Assembly (NCBI RefSeq): GCF_022045235.1
Contig: NW_027266341.1
Span: forward strand, 26,350,001 to 26,414,000
Length of the DNA stretch: 64,000 bases
Source of the DNA: Haliotis cracherodii
Lineage: Eukaryota
Reading direction: 5' to 3'
Below are positions 1 through 14,599 of the stretch, in pieces. A program made the translations under genes and the position numbers. Position 1 is the stretch's first letter; every line of letters begins with the position of its first letter. The notes under the pieces were generated by a model. The model made no database searches. It had not been told where the DNA came from and saw only the letters and a program-made list of their open reading frames with translations.

Positions 1-1370
1 GGCAACACTTCTCAAAATGCTTCACCAAGGCCTCGTATGTTGTAACCCTGATCCAACATCTTCTGAGAAACATTCGTATGACGCTCTTTGAAGACTTCGA
101 AGACTTCAGAACTGATTAGTTAACAAAGTAAAAGAAATCAGTTCAAATAAGACACAAGGTGATCCGGCGGAGAAGAGGTCTTCAGCAACCCATGCTTGCC
201 GTCAAAGGCGACTATGCTTGTCATAAGAGGCGACTAACGGAGATTAACATTCACACAGACAATGTTTCGGAATAACACAACATGTACAGCCTTAGACGAG
301 AAGGTGAGAAGCAAGGCAGGCAACTGCATATTTACCATGTCATGAAGATAAAAGAAAATGCTGAATAATGCTCTAGTTTCATGTTTCAGTGACGCGGCTG
401 TGTCAGTCATCTCAGGCACCTGCTGTGTAATTTAGTTGTGACATTATCCGGGGTCGAATTTCAGATTTGCCCTACATTGTCAGGACCATACCCATGCTAG
501 TGGGTTTCAACAAGCGACCTTCAATAAAGGGTCTGTTCATTTGGAGCTTTTATCCAACATTATGTTTACACTTCGTGATATACCCGAAATAATGTTCAAA
601 CAGCCGCGTTAACCCCTCACTCACATTTTCACGCGTGTACTACTTACAAAGGGAAACTTCAGTTATTTTAGGAACAATGATCGCGTCAAGCATGGCACAG
701 ATATGTATTAGAGAGAGATGAGTATAGAGTCAATAATATATTGATCAATAGTTTTGTGGAATCATACTCTCAACCATACCCTAAAATACTGACTTGTCCA
801 TGAATCATACGCATTAAACATCTATCACGTGTGATGGACATCATGCATATTGCTCTCTTCGACAGATGTCATTCAAAAATTTAACAATTTATATCGTTTT
901 CTTATCAGATACTTCTGGTTACCTAAGAATCACACATGTCTTGTATGTGTAGAACCGCGGGAAAAGAATATCCGGACCAGGGTACAAGATGAGTTATCTT
1001 CGTTACAACATACAATTACCATGAACCGACACAGGTCAACAAACCCATTAAGATAAACACGACGGTGTCATTGATCGACCCCTTTAACATCCCACGCCTT
1101 CCATCACCAAAGTACTGCTGGTATGAATCGCCTTGTTATCTGAAGTAAAACATACCGAGGCTGTCGGTGAGAGTGCCTCGCCCCTGTATCTCGCGTTCAG
1201 TGTTTGTGGATGCACTTAGATCTGCCTGTCATACAACGAAGCAGCTCAGTTTATCTATAATCTCAACCCATATCGCCTCTTATATATTTTCTCGGCGGGC
1301 GTACTTTACGTGGAGGCCAACGCCTTGTATCTAGTAAGCCGTTCAGTACCTTGATAACTCTGCAAAATAC

Positions 1371-4300
1371 ATGATGCGGTGTATAGTAGTATTACTGCTC
1401 ATGTTCTCTGTCTCAATAGGGTCGGCGGAGGTTTTCTCCGATGACCAGGCGAATAAGGTTGGAATGTTTGTGGAAGAGGTCATGCGGTGTAGACAGGTCC
1501 CCGGGTTGACCCTGGCTGTTGTGAAGGGGGGTGAGACGTGGACACGGGGGTTCGGACAGGCGGACATCGAACAGGGAGTGAACGTCACCAAGGATACTTT
1601 GTTTGGAATTGGATCTGTGACCAAGGCTTTCACGAGTACCCTCCTGGCCATGATGTTGGATGAAAGTAATGGAAGGTATGTCAGACATAAAAACACATAC
1701 ATGATACATTCTACAAATTACTCAACAAGCGACAGTATTCTGTGACACTATTTCTAGGTGAGTAAATATATAGGCACGAATACAATAACCTCTTGCCTGG
1801 ATATGAGTTAGTGAGTTTGGAATTGTAGATTATCAATTCCTCGTAGATCACAGCGAGGTTAATCTCTGAATGAACGAATAAGTAATCATTTGTATATAAT
1901 TGTCTAAAAGTGGATATAAAACCAAGTCACTCTCACTCAAAATAGGTGGTCATGGTCTTATTCATTAAGGGTGTTTGTTTCCTCTACTCTAACGTTGTTC
2001 CACTAAACAATATTTACGTAATGATATGTATACTCTAGCATCATCAACACTTCAACAGATACTAGACTGAGTGTGTATTTAACGTCCTACAGGAAATATT
2101 TTAGGCACGTAACGACCCGTGCCATTTAAAATTGTATTGGAAACTTTTAGTTTTCGTTAATAATGTGTATAGTATTATAGTGTATCTAATGTATAAGAAT
2201 GACCACAGAACGACTAGAAGCTGTCGAGTTGTGGTCACTTCCGGATATTCAAATCAAATTGCTTTTGTTATAAGTATTGCGTTATTGAGTATTCTGTCAT
2301 AACAATAAACAAATATTCGTATGTAGCGTTTGACTCCACAAAGTCTTAAAATTAAATCTAATGTTGATGAAAAACGATCTTTACCATTAATTTTCTCGAA
2401 TAAAGATTCAAAACTATTTTACAATTTATGTACAGGTATATTTCAGAATCGCACCCAATGCTTTGTGCTTTTATCTGTACAGTCACATGTTCATGTTAAT
2501 TTCAGTCCTGTACGTATCAACCCTCATGTATGAAAATATACATTGCTTTGGATCTTTGCAGTTTACGTTATTAATTTATGTACAGTGAAGAACAGTCGAA
2601 ATGTGGTAAGTATGAGTGCGTATATGTAGTTTCCCTTGTATATTGTTGTTGTTATTCGTGTATATTACTGTTACAGTTTAACTTGGACGTCAAAGGTCAA
2701 GGACGTGTTGGGTCCAGACTTTGCATTTGTGGACGAGGAGAGAACAAGGGAGACTACTCTGAGGGATCTTTTGACCCACCGCACAGGGTTACAGCCTGCA
2801 GTCTTGCCCCTGTTTGCTGGACTGGACCACAACTTGACAAGAACTGATTTTGCCAAGTACACTTTCTTCACATCTGATTATATAAAATTATTTTTCAGGA
2901 AAATGTCACATTCCAGAGTATATATTTTTGTATGAGAGTGTACTCTGCCTTGTCATCTAAGTTGCCCCAATTCGGCGGCGGAGTTGTCTACCGTCATGAC
3001 ACCTGATGTCATCACTGATTTTCTCTGGTCATTACAATTCCATGTCAAACAGCCGTCTCTCTCTCAGTTCACACATACTGTGGCTTATGCTATTATTGTT
3101 CTCTTATGTAGGCGTTTCCGCTTTCTTCCGGAAGTTAAGCCATCGCGTGACGTCTTCGAGTACAACAACTGGGGATACGCTCTGCTCGGCCATATAGTGG
3201 AAGTGTTGTCGGGGGAATCCTACGAAGCCACTCTAGAGAAACGAATCTTCAAGCCACTGGGGATGAACCAGTCACGTGTCCTGGGAAAGACAATCACCGT
3301 AAATGAACCAGCTATGGCCAAACCCTACTTTGACGTGGAGAACGAGCTCATATTAACGGATCCCTCCATTTACGAGTGAGATAAAACATCACTTTTGCTT
3401 GATAACTAATTTTCACAATTGAAAAACATACCACTCGTTTTCCGCTTATGCAGATTGTTGAGATTGTCAGGTGGTAGGTTATTCATGTATCTACGTTTTC
3501 ACATTTATCACATTGTAATCAACCAGTTATCAAAAACAACAATGAAACGTACATTGTATCTACTAAGCACTATTGTTAACAATGCTTCTTAATCATAAAT
3601 CAGCATATACCTGAATAACTGCTGTATAGTGAGAGAGTGAATGTTGTTTTAAGCCACATTCATCATTACTCCTACTATTTATAGCCGACCTGTATATAAT
3701 CGAAGAATCTAGGCGAGGCAATTCGGTGTTTATTAGCATGAACAACGATCCTCGTTAGTATTCTCTTACCACTTTCAGGCGATGGAAGATCGAGATTTAG
3801 TAACATTTTTCATCTGCTGATCTTGATTCTACGCAGCATACATCCAGGAGAGGCCGCAGGTGCTATTGCGTCATCAGCAGAGGACATGGCTAAATGGATG
3901 CACTTCCTGTTGAGGCAAGGGGTGACAGCGGACAACGTCACACTGGTCAAATCTAAAACACTTGTGGAGGTCTTTAAATCTCACGAGAGTATTCCTATCA
4001 GTCAATCCTTGTCGAAGCCAAAGTTTCCAGTGGTGGACTTGCAGTATGGCTATGGCTATGCATGGTTCATGTCGACATATAAGGGTAAGCAACAATCCAG
4101 AATTATTTACATAAATGAATATGCTGTACGCTGCAATTAGCAATATTCAAGTCATAAAACTGCGGGAGACATGGAATTGGCTGTTACAACAGCATTCGCA
4201 ATAGTGATTGTACTGGGTGCCTGGTGTGGCGAACAAACTTAAGCTAAGGATACCACATCTTCTTGAATATTTGTAAAAAAATTATTTTGTAATCAATAAT

Positions 4301-6343
4301 AATAATGTATAATGTAATGAAAATGACAATTTCATGAATAGCAGATCTTAGTTCTCGCTACCGCTAAATAAATATCTGAAGGCATCCCATTGCAAGTCGA
4401 TCTTTCACCTACCAAAATTAGCAATCAGAAAAGAGCTTTCTCGAACTGTACGTTTAAAACTTAGTTCTGAAATAAATGGTCGAGGTTGTATGGCAGTACC
4501 TTCCACGGTCTATAGAAAATCTCTTCAGTTTTAAATGTTTATCCCATTAAAACTAGTGATGAGTTTGATGGAATCAGTCAAGTAGTCCAACTGTTGTTCA
4601 GAACACCCCGTGTTAAGCTTTTTGAAGTTGCCTAAGTAGAAGACTCATATTCCGACTGTCACTTTCTGTTTGGTCGGATGAGATGGTGTTCTGAACCGGC
4701 GTGGGGGTGTCCTCAGATTTGTAGTTATAGAAGAGAGAATGGTACTGGTGCTAAAAATGCCACTGCTAGGGATCTTATAGTTTACACCATGTTACAATTC
4801 ATGTCATGTAAGTTCTTTGGTTTAAGATAGCACGGAGGATAAATACACTGGTGAACACAACACACTATATAAAGTAAAAGTAAACCGTAGCTAGACACTT
4901 TGGTTGCACTCGTGCAACAATCACGTTGTCAACGACAGACAGTGGAGAGACTGACGACAGGCACGAGTCACACAAGATAAGATCATTATTTGCGGATGTA
5001 AGGATCCGATTCTTAATTGTGACGCCATCAGATTCTAAAGCCACTGTATCAAAACGACTGCGTCACCATTGTATTTCGGCCTTTTGACCTTAGCGGGGGA
5101 ATCATATTGACACGCCAACATCGACACTAAACACTCAGCTTGGTGCACACTACACAATGATGACAGAACAGGAACTGGCAGAGAGTGAATAATGTCAACA
5201 TTTTGCTTTGGACAGCTTACTCTCCTGACATGTCGCCAATTGAACACCACCTTGATCGTCATATTACAACACGACCTAATTAATACAGGCATTGGTTGGG
5301 TTTGGGGTTTTTGCTCGTCAGTGTATTTTATACTCATTCTTTCACATGTTCTTGTATCACTGTAGAGTATCAACATGGTATTGGATATCATATTATTATA
5401 TTATACACTTGAGGTATCTAGAATGACTAACATAATTTAGTCCAATTCTTTTTCAGACCCTTGAGTTTAACATACTACTGTCTTTCGCGAATACCTGGGG
5501 CGATTACTGATGCACAGTGATCTATTTATATACCTTTCACTGCAATTATGTCCAACTTTACCGACGCACAATGTCACAATCATGACAAATCTAAATGAGG
5601 TGTTTAGATATCTCATTGTTAATGTATTTAATATTCTATGTTATTTTCCAGGATATAAACAAGTCATGCACACTGGGGGCTTGTTTTCTTACATAACCTG
5701 GCTAGAACTTTACCCCGACATGGACTTTGGAATCTTTGTGAGTGCCAATGGACCTGGGACAACGGACGAGGGAATTGCAGAAACAATTATCTCATTCTAT
5801 ATTTCTGATATATTGATGGATGATCAAACTTGGCTAAATTCATCCACGGCTTGCACATTCCCTTTGCCATGGGCAAATATGCCGCCAAGTGGTCAAAATA
5901 ATTCTGACGTCACGAACGCTGAAGTGGAATGCCCTGATTGTTATGTTGGCAAATATGGGCATTATCTGTTTGGTGACCTTGATGTTAGAAGGGGACCAGG
6001 GTCGTCATTGGAACTTCACTACAACAGGTTATCGGGTTCTCTCAATACCACAGCTGATAAAAGTATATTCAAATTGGATGCATGGGGCTCCTTTCGGTTG
6101 TTTTCTCGGCCAGGTAATGCTACGGTTCTTGTTCCAGTAAACTTCCATGGGATGAACAAAGGAAAGTATTCACAAATTGACCTCATTTTCCCCCACAAGT
6201 TGACATTTAAAAGAGGTATCGGGTTTTATGATAAAAACATATACACAAGAACCAAAACTGCAACAAATGGGCAGACTGTGAAGGAGTTTAGCAATCTTTC
6301 GATGGTATTCGCAGCACTAAGTGTAGTCTTGTTTATGTGGTAG
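1371..6343 (+). CDS. Serine beta-lactamase/PBP-like (peptidase S12) hydrolase, copy 1, intact, 562 aa, predicted secreted and GPI-anchored; exons 1371-1675, 2677-2856, 3112-3375, 3837-4084, 5652-6343
   Basis: All introns are GT..AG with matching phases (2,2,2,1); exons sum to 1689 nt. Hydrophobic N-terminus; motifs FGIGSVTK (SxxK), LLTHRTGL, EYNNW (YxN), HTGG. YVGKYGHYLFGDLDV resembles the start of DUF3471. Hydrophobic C-terminal end. AATAAA at 6513. Confidence 0.93.
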
Positions 6344-7134
6344 GGACTGTATGATCTTAAAAGTTTAACCTGGAGCATCTTATGACAATAGGATATTTCA
6401 CTAAAAATATTTGTGACCCCTTCCGATACATAGTTTTATCCATTGTAGTCATATCTGGCCAAATGCTGATAAAAAGATAAAGATACATTTAACGAATGCT
6501 TTGTATAAAGTAAATAAAGATTTGTTTTTTAAAATGTTACATTTTTAGTATAGGGTGGGATCAATAATAGGATTCAAGAAAATAACAAATAATGAGATGT
6601 AATATTTTGTTTCTACTTTACAAGATGATTGTAATTGTGGCCACTATTTAGGCACCATTTGTTAAGAAAGATTAAACTGGTTAATTGTGTGGTTCAAATG
6701 TTGATTAATGTTCATCTGATCTGCTTACAACCTTGTATACCCTGTGTTCAACAGAACATACGTATTTCGCCTAATTATTTCAAAATAATTTTCGTGGTAT
6801 AAATATTGGTGCCCATATGTAAGTCGCGTAGTTTGTACAACTTCTCAAGCCCCTGTGGACAATTATGTTGCAATTTGGGATATCCTTCACACACAAGCAG
6901 TCGGGTACGATATTGTTTTAGGTAGTGTCGTAACTGAAGTGACAAAGTGAATCGGTGACTAGATACTAATAATATAGTTAATTGTCTTTGAGCCGGTATA
7001 TAATCCCGAGGAGACTTCATAATTGATGGATTATTCGTTTCTTCTTAATTCGTGAACGCCGCACCCAGCAAAAGTCAAGTTATGTTACCGCGGTCTATAA
7101 ATAATCTGGGATTGATATGGTGAACGATCTATGC

Positions 7135-7450
7135 CGTCGTGGTATGATGGCACGCAGTCATGGTATGATGGCACGCAGTCGTGGTATGATGGCACGCAGT
7201 CATGGTATGTCGGCATGCAGTCATGGTATGATTGCACGCAGTCGTGGTATGATGGCACACAGTCGTATGATGGCACACAGTCGTGGTATGATGATATGCA
7301 GTCGTGGTATGATGGGATGCAGTCGTGGTATGATGGCACGCAGTTGTGGTATGATGGCACGCAGTCGTGGTATGATGATATGCAGTCGTGGTATGATGGC
7401 ATGCAGTCGTGGTATGATGGCACGCAGTTGTGGTATGATGGCACGCAGTC
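7135..7450. repeat. 21-bp minisatellite (gtcgtggtatgatggcacgca)n
   Basis: About 15 tandem units inside a decayed family A SINE. Confidence 0.95.
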
Positions 7451-9279
7451 AACTTAGCCTCCCGAGCCTGACCATTAAGTCATCCTACAAGCATAGGTTG
7501 CTGAGGACCTTGGAACCAGCATGGGCTCCCTAGGTATTTGAAAGAAGCAATATTCAATAAATGTATTCATATGTTAAACATATAATGATTTTTTTCAATA
7601 AACAAAGATATGAACTGTTACTGGGTTTGCTGTTCTGTCTGATAAATATTTCGACTTAGATAGTACAGGCAATATATTGATTGTGGCTTATTGTGCAGTT
7701 TAACAATGTGAACCCCGATTCTAACAGACGTAAAAATCATCGATGTTTCATCATAAGCTCAGTAGCGGCTATTATTTATGCAGAGCCAAATACAAAAGAG
7801 ACCTGTCTCCTACACCCTGCCTCTTTGAAAATTAATACATTTATTAAACTTTCTTCTAAGTCAAAAGCAGCAGAATCTCTGTATACAGCAAACGTAATAA
7901 ATTAACATATCGTTTTTAGTTGTAACAAAATTAGTAAATGAGTAAGACCAATACCTGGTTTGCCTGGGCCAGACTCGATTATTTTCAGGCTCCATATATA
8001 TGGCTGGAATACTGATGAGTGCAGCGTTAAACAATTCAAAACAAAACGTACCAGGCAGTTATATTCAAAATAACATAATAAAAAAATACTTGACGATGCA
8101 GACATTTAATATCGAGGGCGGACAAACACAGACTCGGGTAGTAACAGTAATTTCAATGCATCCACCATAATTCTTACGTAAAGATTATAAGACAAGTGTG
8201 TTTCTGTATCGTTTATACCTTATGTACGATAATTGCATTATGCGCGTCTTTGACGAGAATGTGTATTTTTCTTTCACCTAGTATATATGATATTTATGAT
8301 GCAGAAAGACATGAGGTTAATGTCATTCTTATAATAATCGATGTTTAAGACGCATTTTTACTGAATAAAGTAACTTTACAAACTGCGTACATTGAGTGAA
8401 CTGCACCTAAAACAGTGGATTGGATTTGTAGCCATGGGTCCCTGCAGAAACAAGCACACCTCGACAATCTCATGTCTGAATACATTGGGAACTGAAGGTA
8501 TTGGTCAAGCAGACATTACATCTATGTACGGGCCTAAAAGTAGTTCCTGACTACATTTGCATACTTATCTGATCATGATACTAAGTTTATCGGATTCTTT
8601 TATCAGATCGTTAACAGAATCGATTACATGATAAATAGGAATATTAATTCAATAACATATTCTGAATTTTAAAAGCTTATTGTTACAATGTAACAGTGTT
8701 ACGTCTTAAATACACAACGGGTGCTTAATAGCTTCTCAATATTGACTTTGCCCTTATCAAGTATCAAGTAAAATGATAGGAATTTGCACAACAAAGACAA
8801 ATATATGGAAAATGCTCATCTCAAAGAAAGATCACTTGAACAAGGTTAAGACCGAATTCCGGTGTTTTTCGGAGTGGTAATTGATGGTTTGGACTTTCCG
8901 ACTCCGGTAGATGAAGCGTGGGCACGGAAGATATGCCTAGTGACTATGTTGGCTTATTTCACATGTCCTTTAGAAATGTGCAGTTTATGGAATAATTGTT
9001 ACGTGGCATAGTATTTCAAAAATTAGAAAGACTCAGATCAATTGCGAAACCACTATGTGAATAGGGAGACGTTCTTTGCTTTTTGCAAGCAGTGACCAAA
9101 AAGGACCTTGTTTCCGGTGGAGGTTTAGATACTTCAACTGAAGGCTTAAACATTGAACTACGATCAGCAGGCATCTGCAGGATGACTAAGAGAATTATGG
9201 ACTGCGTCCCCAAGGGACCAGGTGTGTGTCTTTGTTGTTTAATGTTTCGTTCAGCAATATTGCAGCAATTATGAAAACA

Positions 9280-9365
9280 TAAATAGTCCAGTAAGTAATA
9301 CAGTCGTATTGGTCTTGTAGACAACACGAAATGGTTGAACTGCTTGAAGAAAGGGGAAACGCCTG
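9280..9365 (-). pseudogene. Inverted relic of exon 3 start (with acceptor) of the beta-lactamase-like family
   Basis: Reverse complement gcag|gcgtttcccctttcttcaagcagttcaaccatttcgtg closely matches the copy 4 exon 3 start gcag|gcgtttccgctttcttcaagcagttcgaccatttcgtg. Confidence 0.75.
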
Positions 9366-9484
9366 CGAGCAGAATAATATCATAAATATACACATGCACA
9401 AAAGTTAAGCGCCACCCACCATATTTGTGAGCTGTTACTAATAATATCATAAATAACACCCAATAAACGCCATCAGTTTGCTAT

Positions 9485-9712
9485 AGTTTGTTTGTTTGTT
9501 GTTAAACGCCGCACTCAGCCTTTTTCCAGCTACATGTATATGACTGAAGTCTGTAAATAATTCAGTCTGAACCAGACAAACATGTGATTGACATCATAAG
9601 CATCGATTCACACGATTCGGATAGGATGACATGCATCAATCAAGTCAGCGAGCCTGAGCACCGGCAAGCATAGGTTACTGAAGACCTATTCTATCCCGGA
9701 TCTTCACGGATC
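9485..9712 (-). mobile_element. SINE family A copy
   Basis: Family sequence; TSD atcagt(t/a)tgctatagtt. Confidence 0.85.
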
Positions 9713-11279
9713 AGTATGCTATAGTTGGGGATTGTGATGGTTGTATAATAATAACACACCCATGTGCTATTCACAGTTAGTAGTCATTGTAACCCCTGCA
9801 TCCTCATTTGACAGGCGTATCCACCACTTGGACCTGTTTACAGATCTAGGAAAACTGTAGACCTATACAATAACATCGACATCAAATGAGTAAGCCACCT
9901 AACACCTGTAACTTACAAGTTAAGAAATGCTTCGATATTTTGACGACTAAATAAATAGAATGAGGAGCCTAAGAAGCTAAAACTCTCAATTGCAAAATAT
10001 GAGGTGATGTATTGCAACGAGCTCATATTTGTTGAAGAGTTTTAAGGGCATGAACAAGTCCAGTACGTGACAACTTGAAAATGTTGAACTTTGTACCTGT
10101 CCACAAAGTTTCAGTTAAAATATATGAGACGCTTGAACTTGTAACTACCCTGCACTTGGGATCTAGATAAAGAAGATTTGTCTTTGTTTCGTAATATGAG
10201 TAAATCATGTGACTTTTACGAACACCCGAGTCCTGAATATCCCGGCGTAATCAAATGATGATTGTGGGTTAGAATCCCAGAGTCGCCCTAATGTGTCTGC
10301 ACCTTGCTCATGCTTGACTGCTGATGGGGTTCTCCATGACCTGCATCACTTTGGGCTTACATCGAACATCAATTGGCACTCACTGATATAGCCGCTGTAC
10401 TGTACAAAGTGGCCGCGTTAAACCCAACTCACTCACTCGTGTTTTACATGGAGTATGAACCTTGCATATAGAGATGGCAGCGTCAAATACGATACCAAGA
10501 TGCATTCAAGCAAACATGTCCATGAGGATTCAACAATATGAGGGATCCAATAAATTGTAGTACATGCATGCCTTGTTTCTCATAATCTATACCTATTGAA
10601 GTATCATACATATATTTAAAAGCAAATATTGAGTGGTACTGGTATTCATTAATAGTAATATACAATAAACACCATGAACATTTCTCCGATTGATGTCATT
10701 AATAACATTTAAACAGTTTCTTTCTACGTGCCGAAATACAACCGAACATCCCATGCCAACCACGGTACTGGATGAGTCAACTCTGTTGCAACGAGGGTCC
10801 CATGGTCACCCGTTGAATATTTTGGTTGGGGTTTGGGGCTAGGAATTTTGTTAGAGACAGGTTATACTTTCGGTCACTCCTATAAAGCAAGTAATTATTT
10901 GTAGTGAAAGGAGGAACAGAACAATGCAAATTTTTACAGGACTTTCAGCATGACCAGCGAACCTTTTTTTTTTAAGCCAGGGAACAAATTATATTTTTCC
11001 AACCCCCCTATTTAATGTGCTGACCAACGTCCATATTGCACAACCTTCCCTCACCTGACTTTTCTGTTTGAACATGTTATCAAAGGTCAACATACTTGAC
11101 ATCTCTGAATAGTAGAATGTGTTGACAGAAGAGTCTAAGCGTGTGTGGTTGCGAGCTGATCTATCATTCTGCGAAATGATAGCTATGGTTGCTCTGTTTT
11201 TCATTCTTATACTGAAAGCAAATAACAGCTCATATCCACATTGTCTGGTTAGATAATTCAGTGGTAACTTTGCAACATC

Positions 11280-13895
11280 ATGAGGTGGTGTATGCAAGTG
11301 CTGCTGCTCATGTCCGCTGTCTCAATGGGGTCGGCGGGGGTTTTCTCCGATGACCAGGCGAGTGAAGTGGGAATGTTTGTGGAAGAGGTCATGCGGTGTA
11401 GACAGGTCCCCGGGCTGACCCTGGCTGTCGTGAAGGGGGGTGAGACGTGGACACGGGGGTTCGGAAAGGCGGACATAGAACAAGGAGTGAACGTCACCAA
11501 GGATACTTTGTTTGGAATTGGATCTGTGACCAAGGCTTTCACGAGTACCCTCCTGGCCATGATGTTGGATGAAAGTAATGGAAGGTATCTGATAGACATT
11601 AATACACATAGATTATATTACTCAACTGGGACAGGTCCTCAATACGGTATGCCAATATTTGTAGGCCAGTGAATATATGGGCATAGGTACTATTACAGGA
11701 GATAGGTGAGTGAGTTTGGAATTTGCGAATTATCCTCGTAGCTCAGAGGTTATTCTCTAATTGAACTAATGTCTGGAGCAAAGTTAGATGTTAGATGACT
11801 GTAAGCATATGTAATACCATTATTAATGGCGGGGGTGGGTCAAGATAGGAAATGAGTGAGTGTAGACACGCATTTATACCACAATAAACCTGTATCAAAT
11901 TCTATGTTGTTGTGAATCCTGGATTCGCCCTTGGTGTGTAAACACCAGATACTAGTACCTGCGCTCGTGGGTTTCAAAATGATGAACACGTAGGACCTGC
12001 GTCACTTGGGGCTTACTTTCCCCACCAGGCCTTGACACGGCTTAATTCATATTACTGTCCAAAAATGGATAATTAATCAGTTCACTCTCTAGCTCAAAGT
12101 AAGAGGAAGTAGGCTCATTTATCAAACGTGTTTTGTTTCTTCTACATAACCATCATACAATATTTAAGTTATGAATGGCTTGTTTGAAGCGGTATGTATA
12201 CACTAGATCACCAATAAAGCATTGATTAAGCCATCACTTCACCCGATACAGGACGACGTGGTGTTTGAGTGAGTGAATATTTAACGTTGTACAGGAAATA
12301 TTTGGGGGCATAAAACAAACTGTTAGATTAATAATTTGAATACTCACTTTTAGTTTTGGTTACTAATGCGTGTTGTTTGAGGGTGTACCTAATGTATAAG
12401 CATGACTATTGAACGAATTGAAGTTGTCAAGCCAAATATTGCATGGCGGCCTGTATATAATCAAGCCTAGGTGATGCAGTTCAGTATCTGATAGCGTGAG
12501 CAATCATAATTAGCATCTTACGACAAAGAATGGAAATTTTCGGTAAATGGAAATATGAGTGAGTAACATATTCATATCTGCTGAATACACCCAGCAGATG
12601 CTGCGGGTTCTATTGCGTCTTCAGCAGGACACGAATAAATGGATGAAGTTCCTGTTGAGGAATGGGGTGACAGCAGACAACGTCACACTGGTCAACTTCA
12701 AAACACTTGCAGAGGTATTTAAATCTCACCAGAGTATTCCTACCGGTTTAAGTTTGGTATAAGTGTAAGTGTAACAATGATTTTAAAGATGTTTTAATAT
12801 CCGAACAATGCCCTTTACCATGTATCACAGTAGAGTATCACCATGTCATTAGAAACTATTTTAGTATACAGTTGAAGTATCCAGAATAGACTTCAACACC
12901 TATGACTCGTATTTTTTTTCAAACCCTTGGGTTGTGCTCACTACCTTTCTTCGCGAACACCAATGGCATCACTGTTTTTCAGTGATCCGTTCATAACATT
13001 TTCACCTCAGTTTTGCATTTTAATCACAATGGAGTATGTTTGGCCAGATAATCAAGACTAATTATTCTCTGACGTTCTATAGAGAGTGACTTCAGAATGT
13101 TTCTTATAATGGTCAACACACAATGTCACTACCATAAAAAATAATGGTAATGTGTTCATAAGTGCATTTAGCTTCAAATTATTAATGTATTTTATGTTAT
13201 TTTTCAGGATATAAGAAGTTCATGCACACGGGCGCCTTGTTTTTTTTTATATAACCTGGCTAGAACGTTACCCTGACTTGGAGTTTGGAATCTTTGTAAG
13301 TGCCAATGGAGCAGAAACTATGGATGAGGGAACTGCAGAAGACCTGATCTCATTCTACGTTTCTGATATTTTGATCGGTGATCAGCCTTGGATAAATTCA
13401 TCTACGGCCTGTACATTCCCTTTGCCATGGGACATGGCGCCATCAAGCGGCCAAACAATTCCGACGTCACGAACGTTGAAGTGGAATGCCTTGATTGTTA
13501 TGTTGGCAAATACGGGCATTATCTTTTTGGTGACCTTGATGTTAAGCGGAGTAAGGGTCTTCATTAGAATTTCACTATAATAGGTTACAGGGCTCTCTCA
13601 ATACCACAGCTGATTAAAGTATATTCAAACTGGATGCATTTGGCTCCTTTAGGTAGTTTTCTCGGCCAGGTAATGCTACGGTTCTTGTTCCAGTAAACTT
13701 CCATGGGTTAAACAAAGGAAAGTATTCACAAATTGACCTCATTTCCTCCCACAAGTTGACATTTACAAGAGGCATCAGCTTTTATGATAAAAACATATAC
13801 ACAAGTACCAAAACTAAAACAAATCCACAGAGCATCAAGGGATTAAGCAATCTCTTAATGATCTTTACAGCACTTTATGTTGTCTTCCAATATTA
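11280..13895 (+). pseudogene. Beta-lactamase-like pseudogene, copy 2
   Basis: Exon 1 is intact (11280-11584) and exons 2-3 are absent. Exon 4 is a truncated, frameshifted remnant (~12585-12745). Exon 5 (from 13208) has frameshifts and stops. Confidence 0.88.
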
Positions 13896-14599
13896 AAATC
13901 TGGACCTGTAGCATCTTATTAAACATGCTAGTTCACATGACATATCGGTAACTGCTTGCATTACATAGTTTAATCTATTGTATTCATATCTGGCGAAGTA
14001 CCGATAACCCAATGATATATTTTACTTATGCTTTCTATAATGTAAATTGCATTTGTTACTAAAATGTCACACTTTGGAGGTTTTCTATCAGTATTTGGAT
14101 TCAAGAAAATAACAAATAATGAAATCTAATATATTGTTTCCACTTCATGATTGTTATTGTGAAACTATTTAGGCACAACTTAAACTCAAAATTAAACAAT
14201 ATATATTTTAGTTACTTTACAAATGACCAAGCATAATTGCACATTTCAAAGTACTTTCAGTACGGAATCGTCACCATAAATTTTCGCCTATTGTAACCGA
14301 TTATGCTTTTGGCAAAACATCCTTTGTAGGCATGTGTATACATCTACTTCGTTTGACCATCCCGTACAAAGTCGTCAACTTTTAGTTATGTAGTTTCAGC
14401 ATTGACTCACTTTTGGCCATTGATGGCAAGACAATGCACGTTTATCCACATGTTAATGACATAAATGGCCTGTGTTTTCCAAAGTTTGAACAGAATGCAA
14501 CACTTAGTAAGTAAAGTGCACATTAACAAAGGAAATGTTGGGATATTTCGAGTTTTGGAGACGATGTGTTTTGGATTCAATGCAAATACTTATGTAAAT

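Noticed and set aside
1343-1709. Antisense ORFs over exon 1, recurring in every copy
   Set aside because: Shadow frames of the conserved coding strand with no independent features.
1371-6343. Bacterial contamination or an antibiotic-resistance gene call
   Set aside because: Spliceosomal introns and animal SINEs occur throughout. Fold membership does not demonstrate beta-lactam hydrolysis.
7085-7533. His/Cys-rich repetitive ORFs and a CRISPR-like look (also 30914-31599)
   Set aside because: Head-to-tail 21-bp units with no unique spacers, inside a SINE. The frames are open only because the unit is a multiple of 3; there is no splice or promoter support.
9160-9190. Possible exon-4 relic (HPADA codons) on the minus strand
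   Set aside because: Only ~15 nt of similarity, which could be chance.
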